From the human T2T-CHM13v2.0 reference genome, Homo sapiens: a stretch of 64,000 nucleotides of DNA. The position numbers were made by a program, and so were the translations under genes. Where the stretch lies: NCBI RefSeq assembly GCF_009914755.1, contig NC_060931.1. One strand, written 5' to 3'. Below are positions 18,095 through 33,079 of the stretch, piece after piece. Positions within the stretch are counted from its first letter, which is position 1; every line of letters starts with the position of its first letter. Under the pieces are notes generated by a model. That model saw only the letters and a program-made list of their open reading frames with translations. It searched no databases and had not been told where the DNA came from.

Positions 18095-18345
18095 AAGAAA
18101 AGGAGAAAGGAAAGAAAGGGAAGGGAAGGGAAGGGAGGGGAGGGGAGGGGAAGGGAAGGGAAGAAAGAAGCAAGAAAGCGAAAGAAAGAAAGAAAAAGCG
18201 AGGAAGCGAAAGAAAGAAAGAAAAGAGCAAGAAAGCAAAAGAGAAAGAAAGATAAAAAGGAAGGAAGGAAAGAAAGAAAGGGGAAGGGACAGAGGGAGGG
18301 GAGGGGAAGGAAGGAAGGAAGAAAGGAAAAAGAAAACAAAAGGCA
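17878..18345 (+). repeat. Deleted Alu + (CA)n (18051-18091) + about 250-bp polypurine tract
   Basis: Directly visible. Confidence 0.92.
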
Positions 18346-18359
18346 AAAATCATTCTTGC

Positions 18360-18703
<344 letters not shown>

Positions 18704-19139
18704 TTAGTAAAACAGCAAAGGGTTAAGCATGAGGTACACAGGGAGCTCTGAAGAGCCAAGAGTTTCAGAGGACTTAGAGAAAGGGACATTCTATCAAGAA
18801 CAAATGCAGAATGGCAGCACAGACTTGTAGAAAAGGTGTCAGGAAGATGAAAGCCTAGGATGAGCTGGGCCTTGCCAAAATAAGTTAAGGACAACTAAAA
18901 GGACTCTTTAATCTATATTTAGAAAGAGAAGAAAGAACAAGAGAGGTGTAGGCATGATGCTTGGGGCAGATGGTGTGATACTGACAGATGACAAAGCAAA
19001 ATTGCTCCATTTCTATTTTGTTTTCATCTCTCTTATCATTGGACGTCTTTGAGCTAGAAAATACTCTGTACCAAAAAAGATGGACATGTGACTGAGTATT
19101 GATTTGACCCATTTATTTGTAGCAGGATTAGGCAGACTA

Positions 19140-19462
<323 letters not shown>

Positions 19463-21406
19463 TTAGACCAATTTGCTGAATGAGGCCAAAGGGAAGTATC
19501 AAAGTATGGGAGAAGTGGAGGCAGGTGGGGCTGGAGAGTCAGACCCAGGGGCAGATGCATGGAGAAGGGTAAGTCTGTCACAAAAAGGGGGAAAAAACAA
19601 ACAAACAACAAAAAAAAAACCATTGTCCAAAGGAAATGGTAAAACCAGATGACAATGCAGAAAAAGCTGTGTTGGCAATGGGACCAGGGACAATATAATA
19701 GAGAATGGAAAATAGAGCTAGTATTCTGTGCCAGGAACTCTCCAAGCTGCTTAGTATATATTGCCTCATTTAATCCTTACAACAATCTTCATGCAAGTGG
19801 TATTATGATCCCTGGTTTCTCTAATGTGGAAAACAAGACTTCATTTGCCTAAGGTTATTCAGCTAGAAAGCGGAGCGGGTGAGATTTGACCTCAGGTCTG
19901 GGTGACTTCACAGTCTATTTTTCCTCTATATGCTGAAGAGGGCACAGTGATGTGGAATCCAAGGGACAATAAATTCAAGAAGAATCTGAGGTGCCCACTG
20001 GGATCAAGGAAGTCTGTGAGCAGGAATGAGAGTCCCCATCATGGGGCTAGAAGTTAGGGTAGGATGACCTTTCCTGGGCAAGAAGACACAAGGACAAATG
20101 GACACAAGGAAAGTTTTGGAGGTGATAGATATGTCTATTACCCTGATTGTGGTGATGGTTTCATGGGAATATGCATATGTCCAAACTCATTACCTTGTCC
20201 AACTCATTCCATGCAGTTTATTGTGTATCAATTATACCTCAGTACAGCTGTTTTTTTAATTAAAGAAAAGAACAAAGTTAGGTACTAGGTATAAATTGTC
20301 TTGTACATATGAAAACAATGACCTACTCACAGAGATTAGGACAGAAGGTCAGGAATTAGTAGTACAATTCTAGGAAGGGTGATTTTATGCTGAGCTGCTT
20401 AAATACTTCCTGCAAAGATCCATGAAACATGGGAGTATGGTAAAAAGAAACCCCAGGATGAGAGCTGAGCAGAGACCTAGAGAATAATCTCTCAGATTGG
20501 AGAGGACAGAAGGCTCCAAAAGGAGGGTCTCCAGGGATTAAAAAAATAATGAAACAGGCAGAGTGTGGTGGCTCATGTCTGTAATCCCAGTGTTTTAGAA
20601 GCCGAGGCGGAAGGACTGCTTGAGCCCAGGAGTTCAAGGCTACAGTGAGCCATGATCACGCCACTGTACTCCAACCTGAGCGACAGAGCAAAACTCCATC
20701 TCAAAATGATGATGATGATGATACTGATAAATTGTTTGAAATAGTCTTTTTAACATTAGAAAAAATAACTAATAACAGTATGACAGATATATAGGAGCAT
20801 TTGGGGGAATATTAATGAAGAAGCCCTTAGAAAAAAATAAGCAAATTTTAAAAAGCTAATTTTAACTTTAGGAAAAATTAAAGTTGTAAGAGAAAGGAAA
20901 CAATCACAGCACACTCTGGGTTCTGTTAGTGAATCCCATTTAAAATCTGGCTATTAATTTAAACCACAAAAAAAAATGTAATATAACTATACCGAGAAGG
21001 ATGGAAAAAGAGGGCATGAAAGAGTGAAATCTTCAATAACAATCACTGGAAGTCAGTAGGTAATGTCCAAGACTGAGACATTGAGAAAGAGCCACATAAA
21101 TAGTTCATCAAGAAATACGGAGTTAAATAACAAGAAAGTGGCTAAAGGAGTTCAAAGTAGGTGCCACTGGGGAGTCAGTCTGGGTGGCAGCGGGGTGGGG
21201 AGGCTAGGCAAGGGTGCAGTGTGCAAGCAGAGACTGCTTTTTTCATTATAAGTCATTTCGTACTATTGAATTTATTAATTATATCCTTCTATTATTATGG
21301 CTAAATTGCTATTTTTTAAAAAGCAGATGGAATTTAAGTGATTAAAAAAAAAGAAAGAGAAACTACACCAAAAGTAATTGTGAGTCTTCTCAAGAAAGCC
21401 TCAGAG

Positions 21407-21713
<307 letters not shown>

Positions 21714-21884
21714 TCAGAGAAACATCAAGCTCCGGCCAATGCACTTAAAGGCAAATGGTGAGCCACAGGGCAAGCACCAGGGTAGCTCACTAAATAGCTC
21801 TTCTAGAACCACCCACAACAAATGTGCTTCCCCTCTGTGCCTTGGAAACAGAGCTTCTATAGCTGCAGTGGGCTCTGTCCAGGG

Positions 21885-22050
21885 CCAGTTCTCAAGCCAC
21901 TGATCTTGTTCCTGGGCTTATTCAAACCCAGATTGTTAAGCCCCACCCCAAGAGTTCCAGGAGGGGCCGGAGAGGCAGAGAATTCACATTGCCAAGTTCC
22001 CAGGTTGTGCTGATGCCACTGGTCTGGGATCACACTGAAAACACTGGTCT
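21885..22050. mobile_element. MER5A-like hAT element
   Basis: CAGTTCTCAA...CAGATTG...GCCCCACCCCAAGAG...CAAGTTCCCAGG...GCTGATGC...ACACTGG. Confidence 0.65.
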
Positions 22051-23241
22051 AGGCGGAGGCTAGAACTGCTCTCTACAGAAAGTGGGTAACGTGTCTGAGG
22101 GGGGCTCCTAAGGGTGCTGAGAGCTGGAGGAGAAATACAGCAGGGCTTAAGGTAACTCCAGGGCTCCATGACAGATACCAAGTAGATGAAGAAGGAAGAG
22201 AAGAAAGGAGGAGTAAAAGACAAGGATAGAAATAGACTAAGGTTCTATTCTCCCAGAATAAATCCCTTTTTACTTTGATAATTGAGGAGTTCCCCAACCT
22301 GCTGGCCAGCTGCCCAGGCAGTACACTAGAAAAATGCCTGTAAATGCTCTTCACCCACTTTCCTAAATCCCACAGTCAGAGCTCCCATTCAGGGAAGAAT
22401 CATGTTGACAAACTGCAGCAAAAGCCCAACCCAGCTACATACTAATAAGCAGAAACTTACATCATAAACACAAAAGTACAAAAAAAGACATGTGAGGAAA
22501 ATCAGCAGTATAAAAAAGGACCAGCCTGAAAAACAGACACAATAAGAAGTAGCTCACCCTGGAAGAAACATGATCCAGGAAAGTAAGAGAAGTAATTGTT
22601 TTGTTTTGTTTTCTTTTGTTTTGTTTTGTTTTTTGTTAATTCTAATGAACAGCCTCAGAGAAACTTAAGCATAGATTTCAAACAACAAGAACCAGCTGTT
22701 ATGAAAAAGAAGACTTGATCATTCCCCATAAAGTCTGAGGAACCTAAACAATATGACTGCCAAATTTATTTTTTAAAAAGCGAATGAGCTGAATAATGAA
22801 TAAACAAAGCTAAAGACCAAATTGGTGATTTGGAAAATAAAACCAAGGACATCTTCCAGAATATAATTCAAAAAGGCAAGGAAATGGAAGATATGAGAGA
22901 AAAATTGAGACAATAAAAGATGAAGGAAGTCCAACATTTATCTTTTAATTCTACAAGGAAAGAAAACAGAGAAGGGGACTAAAACATCAAAGAAAGATTA
23001 GGGGGAAAATATACCTAAGCTTAAGAATGAAATGAATAGTTTCAGAGTAAAAGGGCTCACTGAATGCTAAGAACAGTGTAATAAGCCCCATAGCTAGGGA
23101 CATCATAGTGAAAATTCAGAATCCTAATGATAAAAATATCTACATGTATGCATATCAAAAGTTTCCAGGAGAAAGCATATTACCTATTTCAGACCTTTAC
23201 ATAGCTAGATGCTTGAATATCTTTCAAATAGGGCTACTTTA

Positions 23242-23365
23242 GGCCGTGTTTGAAACAGGTGGCTCACGCCTATAATCCCAGCACTTTGGGAGGCCGAGGC
23301 AGGTGGATCACCTGAGGTCAGGAGTTTGAGACCAGCCGGGCCAACATGGCAAAACCCCATCTCTA

Positions 23366-23407
<42 letters not shown>

Positions 23408-23598
23408 AGCCAGGCATGGTGGTGCCTGCCTGTAATCCTAGCTACTAGGGGTGCTGAAGCAGGGAGGATCACTTGAACCTGGGAGGCACAGGTTGCAGTA
23501 AACCGAGATTGTGCCACCGCACTCCAGCCTGGGCAACAGAGCGAGACTCTGTCTCAAAAAAAAAATAATAATATTTTTTAAAATAATAATAATAATAA
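23242..23598 (+). mobile_element. Alu with an expanded central A-tract
   Basis: Dimer; A38 at 23368-23405; TSD AAA(T/C)AGGGCTACTTT. Confidence 0.92.
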
Positions 23599-23599
23599 A

Positions 23600-23735
23600 C
23601 AGGGCTACTTTATAAGTTGTAGGGCTCCATGAAAATGAACATGTGGGGCCCCTTGTTCAAAAATTATTAAGTAGTTCAAAATGATAACAACAGCGCATTA
23701 AACCAAACATGGGGCCCTTCTAAGAATGGGGCCAC
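23600..23735. mobile_element. MER45-like DNA element
   Basis: GGGGCCCCTTGTTCAAAAATTATTAAG...GCATTAAACCAA...GGGGCCCTTCT. Confidence 0.65.
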
Positions 23736-24586
23736 TTATTTTCTTTTACCCCTTTATTTTTAGGTGATTCTCAGCCACCAATGCCTGTTGTATTTCATGC
23801 CACATTCTTTCCTGGAGTGCATAGCTCTCATGCCAATGAAGGCAGCCCTGCTTCCAAGTTCTGAGAAGCAAAGACTTTGAAGCTAGAATTCTATACTCAG
23901 ACAAACTATCCATCAAGGCAAGGGGGTAAAGAGAGAAATTTTTGGACTTGTAAGGATTTAGAAAATTTACCTGAAAAATTATTTCGGCAGTTTCCAGAAA
24001 AATGAATAAGGACTCCAAGAAAGAATGTGGCATGAAATACCAGAAGCAGTGGTACCTGAAAATGACCTAGAAATAAAGAAAGATAAGAGGAAAATGGGAG
24101 CTATTTAGGTATTAATGTTTAAGTGATTTTTCTTTACACTTCTAAGTTTTAATGACATTGGATTACATTTTTCTCTGTAGAACCAGTCATTATTGGTTTA
24201 ATGGTGAATAATATTTAAATAATTATAATATTGTAATAGCTTTTAAGATTATTTTTATTCTTAGAATCAATCTATAGTCAAATCACAGAAAAGTATAATT
24301 ATGGTTACAGAACAGAATGTAAATATTATAAACCTTGATAATGTAAAAAAAAAAAGTCTAATAAAGAAATGGGAGGTGAAAGGGAAAAGAAAGAAAAGTA
24401 TGCAAACTGCTTCATCTACCGTAGGAGAGAGTTAATAGGAACTGCCAGAATTTGATAAACTGAGAAATAAAGATCTTAGTATTTTATTTGAAGTTGTAAA
24501 ATATACCATAGAAACTAAAGAAGAACCAAAATAATATATCTAATAAAAACTGATTAGGGAAAATGGGTGATTATAGATGCATTAAA

Positions 24587-25281
<695 letters not shown>

Positions 25282-25829
25282 TAAATTCTTCATTTTCATA
25301 GCAGGGAATTAATAGACACATTCTGCATTGATAAATCAAGAAAGAAAGGTATACGCAAATTTCAGGTTCTGTAATAACCACCAAAAAAATTAAAACAGGA
25401 AATCTCGAAAACAGAAACTTCTGGGAAGTGAGACTCAGGGAAGAATTTGGGGAGGGGAGTGTGAGGTTTCTTTTGCGTGTTATACCTTTCTGCATCATTT
25501 TAATTTTCCTGTGTGCACACATTCTTTCTAAAACTAAAACTAAGTTGAGCAAGAAAGGAAGTAAGAGAGAGAGGGATTAGTAGAACACAGTATGATGGGA
25601 TGAACTTGACTTTCTTTCATGATCTCCTGGTTGCTAAGTTGGCAAATCAAAGGAATTAATCACTACCACATCCTAGGCCCTCTTCTAGGAGCTGGGGGTG
25701 TAGCCATAAAGTTTAACAAACAAAACAAAACAAAACAAAAAACAGTTCTCATGGAACTCTCATCCTAGCTCAGAAAGTTGACATCCTAGGTGGTTAAGTC
25801 CTAAAGATATTTCAGTTGGGGAAAGGGTC

Positions 25830-26170
25830 AAAGGAGTGCCCAGGGTGGGGGAATGACATGTTCTAGTTAAAAACTGGGTGACCAGGGAAGGCATCATCAA
25901 GAAAGTGACTAAATGATTAAAGGTAAGAAAGTGATGAAGGAGTGGCCACATGGATATCTGGAGGGAGTATTGCAGACAGAATAGCAAGTGCAAGGGTCCT
26001 GGGGCAGGAGTGTGCCTGGTGAGTTCCAGGAACAGCAAAGAGGCCAGAGTGGCTGGAATGGAGAAACCCAAGGGAAGTATTACAAGGGATGACGTCAGAC
26101 AGGGAAGGGGATGGGGCAGGTCATGCAGGCTTTTTGGCCTTTTTAAGGACTGTGGTTTTATTCTGAACAA
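25830..26170 (-). mobile_element. L2 fragment
   Basis: AATAGCAAGTGCAAGGGTCCTGGGGCAGGAGTGTGCCTGG...GGAACAGCAAAGAGGCCAG. Confidence 0.75.
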
Positions 26171-26179
26171 GTTGGCAAG

Positions 26180-26602
26180 AGATTAGGTTACAAAAAGACT
26201 GTGGCTTCCATCTTGCTTTTTCTCTCTTCCTCTTTTGCTTTCTTACTTTGATAGAAGCTGGCAGCCACACTGTGAGATGTCCTGTGGAGAGGCCCACATG
26301 GCAAGGAAACGAAGGACTCCTGCCAACAGCCAGTGAGGAACCGAGGCCCTCAGTCCAACAACCCGTGAGGAACTGAATCCTGCCAACAACCACGAGTGAG
26401 CTTGGATAAGAACCCCACTCCCCACGTCAAGCCAATGACAGTCCCAGCAAACATGTGACTGCAGCCTTGCAAGAGCCCCTGAGCTGGAAGACTCAGCTAA
26501 GCCATGCCCAGACTCCTGACCCAAGGAAACTGTGAGATAATAAATATTTGTGGTTTCAAACCACTAAACTTTGGAGTAATTTGTAATGCAGCAATAGATA
26601 AC
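26180..26602 (+). mobile_element. MLT1-family LTR
   Basis: GAGATTAGGTTACAAAAGACTGTGGCTTCC...GAAACTGTGAGATAATAAAT...CAGCAATAGATAAC. Confidence 0.8.
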
Positions 26603-27010
26603 TGTCTTAGTCCATTTGTGTTGCTACAGAGGAATAACTAAGGCTGGGTAATTTAGAAAGAAAAGAGGTTTCTTTGGCTCACGGTTCTACAGGCTGTGCA
26701 AGAAGCATGCCTCGTGCTGCTTCCACTCATGGCAGAAGGTGAAGGTGAGCCGTCGTGTGCAGAGATCACATACTGAGAGAGGAAGCCGGAAAGAGTGGGT
26801 GGGGAGGTGCCAGGCTCTTTTTAAACAACCAGCTCTTGTAGGTACTAATAGAGCAAGAACTCACTCACTCCCCCATCCAGAGAGGGCGTTAATCTATTCC
26901 TGAGGGATCCGCCCCAGTAACCTAAACCCCTCCAAACAGGCTCCACCTCCAACACTGGCAGTCAAATTTCAACATGACGTTTGGAGGGGACGATCATCCA
27001 AACCATAGTG
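26603..27010 (-). mobile_element. MST-family LTR nested in the MLT1 3' end
   Basis: TGTCTTAGTCCATTTGTGTTGCTA...TCCAAACCATAG; 5-bp TSD ATAAC (26598-26602, 27011-27015). Confidence 0.85.
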
Positions 27011-27380
27011 ATAACTAAGACACCACTGACAAAATTTAAAAAATAATCTGCGCTGGAATTAGAAAAATGGTTTAATGTATAGGGCATTTGTAATTCTATA
27101 CATCAGAATTAATTATCAAGCAAAATCTTGATGGGCAAGAACTTCCATTTGATTAGGCACCGACGAGAATCAAACCCTCTGTGTACACATGTCCATACCT
27201 GATGCTTGAAAGGACTTCCCACAGGTGAGCTTCTGGCTCTGTACATTTAAAAACTTGCTCCTGCTTCATTGTTCACATACTTCATTTCTAATGACTCATT
27301 ACTAGCTCTAATTACAAACTCTTGCCCTCCACTTTCATGTCATGGGTGAATCCCACAGTGGGCAGGAGGGGTCCTGGCTT

Positions 27381-27772
27381 ACAGAGGTGTGCCAGAGTTG
27401 GCTCGTTCTAGCTCATGAGGGCCCATTGTTAGCTTTTCAGAAATTTTGGGAGGCAGTTGTTAAACATAGCCATTATTAATTAAATTTTGTAAACTTAAAA
27501 TTAAATAATACTAAAAATGAAGATAACAAATACTCAAAACTCATCTCTTCCCAGTTATTTCACTACATTTTACTGTCACTGTGCTTTTGGGGTTATTTAC
27601 ATTCTATGGGATTCATGTTGTGAAATACTATATACCCTGGTGTGCTGCTCTTCCCAACTTCATATTCAGTGGCCACGGACAGCTTGGAATAGGCCACAGT
27701 GGAAGTACTTACACCATGGAAATTAGCAAACACTATAGATCTGGTTGTGAAACATTTACTAGTGTACCACTG
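27381..27772. mobile_element. MER63-like hAT element
   Basis: CAGAGGTGTGCCAGAGTTGGCTCG...GTTGTTAAACATAGCC...TACCACTG with terminal inverted repeats. Confidence 0.7.
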
Positions 27773-28340
27773 CCTCATAGTCATTCCTGCTCCAGGACAG
27801 CTAGCCATAACATAACTATACACAGATTTAACAACAATCTATATAAATACATTCCACAAAACCCAAACAAAATGAAACCCAACTCGAATTTCCTTAGCTG
27901 GATGCCCACAGTGCCTATGGTCACTTGTTCAGTGCTAAGAGGAGGATAAATGTGATGGAGAGTGAGTCAGACTGGAAGGAGAGGGCCATCTTAGCCAATG
28001 GCGGTTAAGCTGCCTTTTAAATGAGATTATGTAACCTCGTTGCTGGGACCCCTCCTAGAACACTGGAAGAAGCCCCAGCAAGTGAGAGGCCCTGAAACCT
28101 AAGCTTCATTAGCTTGGTGGTACCTCTGCCTCTGCTCTAGAACTCTCTGGCTGTTTCCACTGCCCCTCAATGACTCCTACCTGGGGTTGAACCCAAGGGT
28201 TGGGGGAAAAGTGGGGTGGGTGGCTTCTCTATGCTCACTCTGGCAGGCTCAATAAACCAATAAACGTACAGAGCAAGGACCTTGCATTTTCTCTTCCAGG
28301 CTTCTTATTGGAAAAGAATTACACCCTTGGGCTCGTCTTT

Positions 28341-29034
<694 letters not shown>

Positions 29035-29676
29035 CTCATCTTTCTTTTTCCTATGTGCCCTGTCCTTCTCAGAGACATTAAGCCCCAGTCTCTTGTCCTA
29101 GCACTAATAGCAAACAAACACAAAAACAACCCAAAAAAACTGCTGGAAAAGAATCCTTGCTGACTTATCAAAAAGGAAAATACAGCTGTATCTCAAAAAT
29201 GATCATTCAGCTACAGAATTATTCCATAGGGGTTCACATAGAATAAGGGTCAGGACTGGAACCCAGGTTTGGAAGCTGCAGGGAGGCAGATTTAAGCTGG
29301 AAAACTAGAATGAGGATATTCATTCACACACCAGATAAAGTTTTGAATTAGATGACTTTCGAGTCTCCACCTTATCCCACGTTCTCTAATATTTTCACTG
29401 TTAGGATGGCAAACACACCACCAGCTTTAACACATCTTTTATTTTAACAATGTAAAAATAAATTATCATTCAAAATATACTTCATAACTTGGAGCTATTG
29501 CTAAGTAATTTTCCTTTAAAATTTTATCTGGAAAATATCTGATATGATTGAAAGACAAAACAAAAACAAAAATTCCCTAAGCTCCAAGATTTAAAATTTG
29601 AGAAAAATGTTCCAGGTCTCAGTATGAAATGATCCAAAATAGGCAATATAATTTTCACATCTCTTGGAAAAAATAC

Positions 29677-29990
29677 TGAGTCATATTGCCCACCCACATC
29701 CTACAAAAATAACAGAAATCCAATGATTCAAGCAAGATACACTCTGTCATTGTCTGAAGCAAACATTTGAGTCATTCTGGAAAATTAGGAGCAAACCCTT
29801 GTCAGTGACAAAAGTTTTTAATTCCACGTCCCAAGGAAAATTTTGCAATGACAAGTTCTTTCCAGCCCCAGACATGCCTTTTCCTTGCACCCTGGAAGAC
29901 CTTAGGGCTGGATACCGCCCTCTCTCCCGAGAACAACAAACATCACGTGTGGAGCAGGCTGCGCTGAATGGGTGACGTCATTCATTCACG
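29677..29990. promoter_or_regulatory. Candidate enhancer: 2x AP-1, E-box, full CRE
   Basis: TGAGTCA at 29677-29683 and 29768-29774, CACGTG at 29944-29949, TGACGTCA at 29973-29980, in apparently non-repetitive sequence. Confidence 0.5.
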
Positions 29991-30273
29991 CAGAGCACAG
30001 CCATACATCCAGCGAGCAGTGCTTAGGACTCCATCAACAGTCCTAGGGTGAGGCCAGCAGGCGGGAAAGGCTTCCTAGAGACCCTCACAGCCCATAGGAC
30101 CAATGGAGGCCCTTCCTCATCCACTCTGAGCGCCTTGTCCTGCAGTCTTGTCTTTTCTGTTCTCAGAAGCAAGAGCCTAACCCTCTACCTGTGATTTTAC
30201 AACTCCCTCCCTCTCTATCTCATATCCCTTTTCCTTGCTTGTGTTCCTTTTATCTCCTGCTCCCCATGAACTC

Positions 30274-30812
30274 CTTTTTTTTTTTTTTTTTTTTTTTGAG
30301 ACAGGGTCTTGCTCTGTTGCCCAGGCTGAGGACTACAGGCATGCACCACCATGCCCTGCTAATTAAAAAACCAATTTTGGCCGGGTGCAATGGCTCACGC
30401 TTATAATCCCAACACTTTGGGAGGCTGAGGTGGGCAGTTCACTGGAGGTCAGGAGTTCGAGACCAGCCTGGCCAATATGGTGAAACCCCATCTCTACCAG
30501 AAATACAAAAATTAGCCGGGCATGGTGGCAGACACCTGTAATCTCAGCTACTCAGGAGGCTGAGGCATGATAATTGCTTGAACGCAGGAGGTAGAAGTTG
30601 CAGTGAGCCATGATGGTGCCATTGCACTCCAGCCTGGGTGACAGAGTGAGACTCTGTCTCAAAAAAAAAAAAAAAAAAAACTTTTTTTTTTTTAGAGACA
30701 GGGGTCTGGCTATGTCGCCCAGGGTGGTCTTGAACTCCTGGCCTCAAGTGATCCTCCCGTCTCTGCCTCCCAACATGCTGGGATGACAGGCGTGAACCAA
30801 TGATTCTGGCCA
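30274..30812. mobile_element. Minus-strand Alu interrupted by a + strand Alu (30379-30680)
   Basis: Outer fragments at 30274-30362 and 30682-30812 are opposite in orientation to the inner dimer. Confidence 0.88.
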
Positions 30813-32486
30813 GACTCCTGTCTGCCTCTTCCTACAAGCTCAGGATTCCCGGTGCATTGCCCAGCAGAGTGTCCAATGGCAGTAACAGCTAGATAAATGT
30901 TTGCCCTGGAGAAAATGACAACCAAAACTAAATAAATTCTAAATAAGCTGTCTCTGAGCCTATTACTCCTAAAGGAACAGACCTAGCCTCCCCATTTCTT
31001 CCCTGGAGGAATTTTGGTGCTTCCAGTTTTCTCATTCTCCTTCACTCTCTAATCCTTTACCGCTAGGGACATCACTGAGATGGCTCCCCAAATGGCACCA
31101 ATGGCCTCCTGGGGCCTTGTGCCTGGCTTCCTTCAGCTTCCTCTCTGCAGCACTGGACAGCGACAGCAACCCATTCATTCTCTTTGAGAATTCTTCTTCA
31201 CGTGAGGAGGCACCCCTGGTTTCCCTTGTAATTCCACCAGCTAATGTCTGCTCGGCCCTTTCACTGCATTGTCTTCCCCTTTGTTGCATCTTTCCCGATT
31301 CCTTTTTATTTCCGCTTTCTCAACACTGAAGACCTCCTCCTCTACCCTCAAAGCCTCTACTTGGTGCTGCTGATGACGCCCAAATCCCCCACTTCCCAGC
31401 TCCATTCCCACTGCCCCCAGAGCTTTGCTCTCAGCCCCTCAAACTCTTCCTGCCAGCCTCAGAGTCTTCATCTTTGCCCCTAACTGAGGCTGCTCCACTT
31501 CCTTAATCCCGTGGCAAGCATCTCTCGTCTTCTAGTCACAGGGCATCAACCTTCCGTCTTTTCTGACTCTTATGTAGGCCTTGCTGACCTGGGCAACACC
31601 CTCATCCCAGTCATATGCAGAAGATGAATTCTTTCTTTAAAATTGCTTTATCATCCATCCCCTTTCTCCCATCCCTTGCACTCCTCTAGCTCTGGCCTTC
31701 CCTGCCTTTCACCTGGATTCTTGCAGTCCCCACCCCCCAGCATTGTTTCCCGAATTTAAGCCTTTCCCTCCTCCAATTGGGCTCAAAGAACTCTCCCAAA
31801 GCACCTCACAGATCTGCTGTGCCCTACCCATGACACTTCAGTGGGACCCCATCCTCCCAGAATAAAATTTACTTCCTAAGCCTAGTATTCAATCTCCCCC
31901 AGCAGAAGCAGCGACAACAACAAAAACAACAAAAAATTATAAATAAATCCGGCTCACACCTATTTGATCAGCAGCATTGGAAGCAGAATATAGTGCCTAA
32001 GAGCTTGGGCTTGAACTCTAGAGCCAGACTGCACTCTCTAGTAGTGTGTTTTTGAGCAAATTATCTAACTTCTCTGGGCCTCAGTTTCCTTAGCTGCAAA
32101 ATGAGGCTGAACAATAACATTGCTGAGGATAGGCAAGCATATGTAGATAAAGCAGTTAGAGCAATGCCTGGCATATTGTAATTGCTCAATAAATGGTGGC
32201 TAGCATTATTTTTCAACCTGCTCTCCCACTGCTGCCAGACATGAATCTCTTCACCTACTAGTCCAATTGACTTGCTCTGGGTTTCTCCCTTTCTGTGCTT
32301 TGCCTATGTGAATCTGTCCATAGGAAATGCCCACACTGCTCCCCATCTCTGTTGATTGAAAGCCCTTAAGGTCAAACTCAAATGCTAGCTTCTCCGTGAA
32401 GCCCTATTTAACTTCTCTTTAGCTGGAAGAGTTAGTGAGGCTTCTTTCCTAGCGCTTCTCTTCTTATGCTTATTATTATGGGTAAT

Positions 32487-33000
32487 TGTTGGGAGCAGGC
32501 CCCCCAAAATCTGGCCATAAACTGGCCCCAAAACTGGCCATAAACAAAATCTCTGCAGCACTGTAACATGTTCATAATGGCCCTAACGCCCACGCTGGAA
32601 GGTTGTGGGTTTACGGGAATGAGGGCAAGGAACACCCGGCCCCACCAGGGCGGGAAAACCCCTTAAAGGCATTCTTAAGCCACAAACAATAGCATGGGCA
32701 ATCTGTGCCTTAAGGAAATGCTCCTGCTGCAGTTAACTAGCCCAACCTATTCCTTTAATTGGGCCCATCTCTTTGTTTCTCATAAGGGATACTTATAGTT
32801 AATTTAATATCTATAGAAACAATGCTAATGACTGGCTTGCTGTTAATAAATATGTGGGTAAATCTCTGTTCGGGGCTTTCAGCTCTGAAGGCTGTGAGAC
32901 CCCTGATTTCCCACTTCACACCTCTGTCTTTCTGTGTGTGTGTCTTTAATTCCTCTAGCACTGCTGGGTTAGGGTCTCCCTGACCGAGCTGGTCTCGGCA
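32487..33000 (+). mobile_element. MER9 solo LTR (HERV-K HML-3 group)
   Basis: TGTTGGGAGCAGGCCCCCCAAAATCTGGCC...GAGCTGGTCTCGGCA with TG..CA termini, internal AATAAA, and perfect 6-bp TSD GGTAAT (32481-32486, 33001-33006). Confidence 0.92.
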
Positions 33001-33079
33001 GGTAATGTGTCTGTCTGTGCTACTGTATTGTTTTTGGCCCTTAAGGACAGAAAATCCTAATTAATTTTTCTATTCCTAC

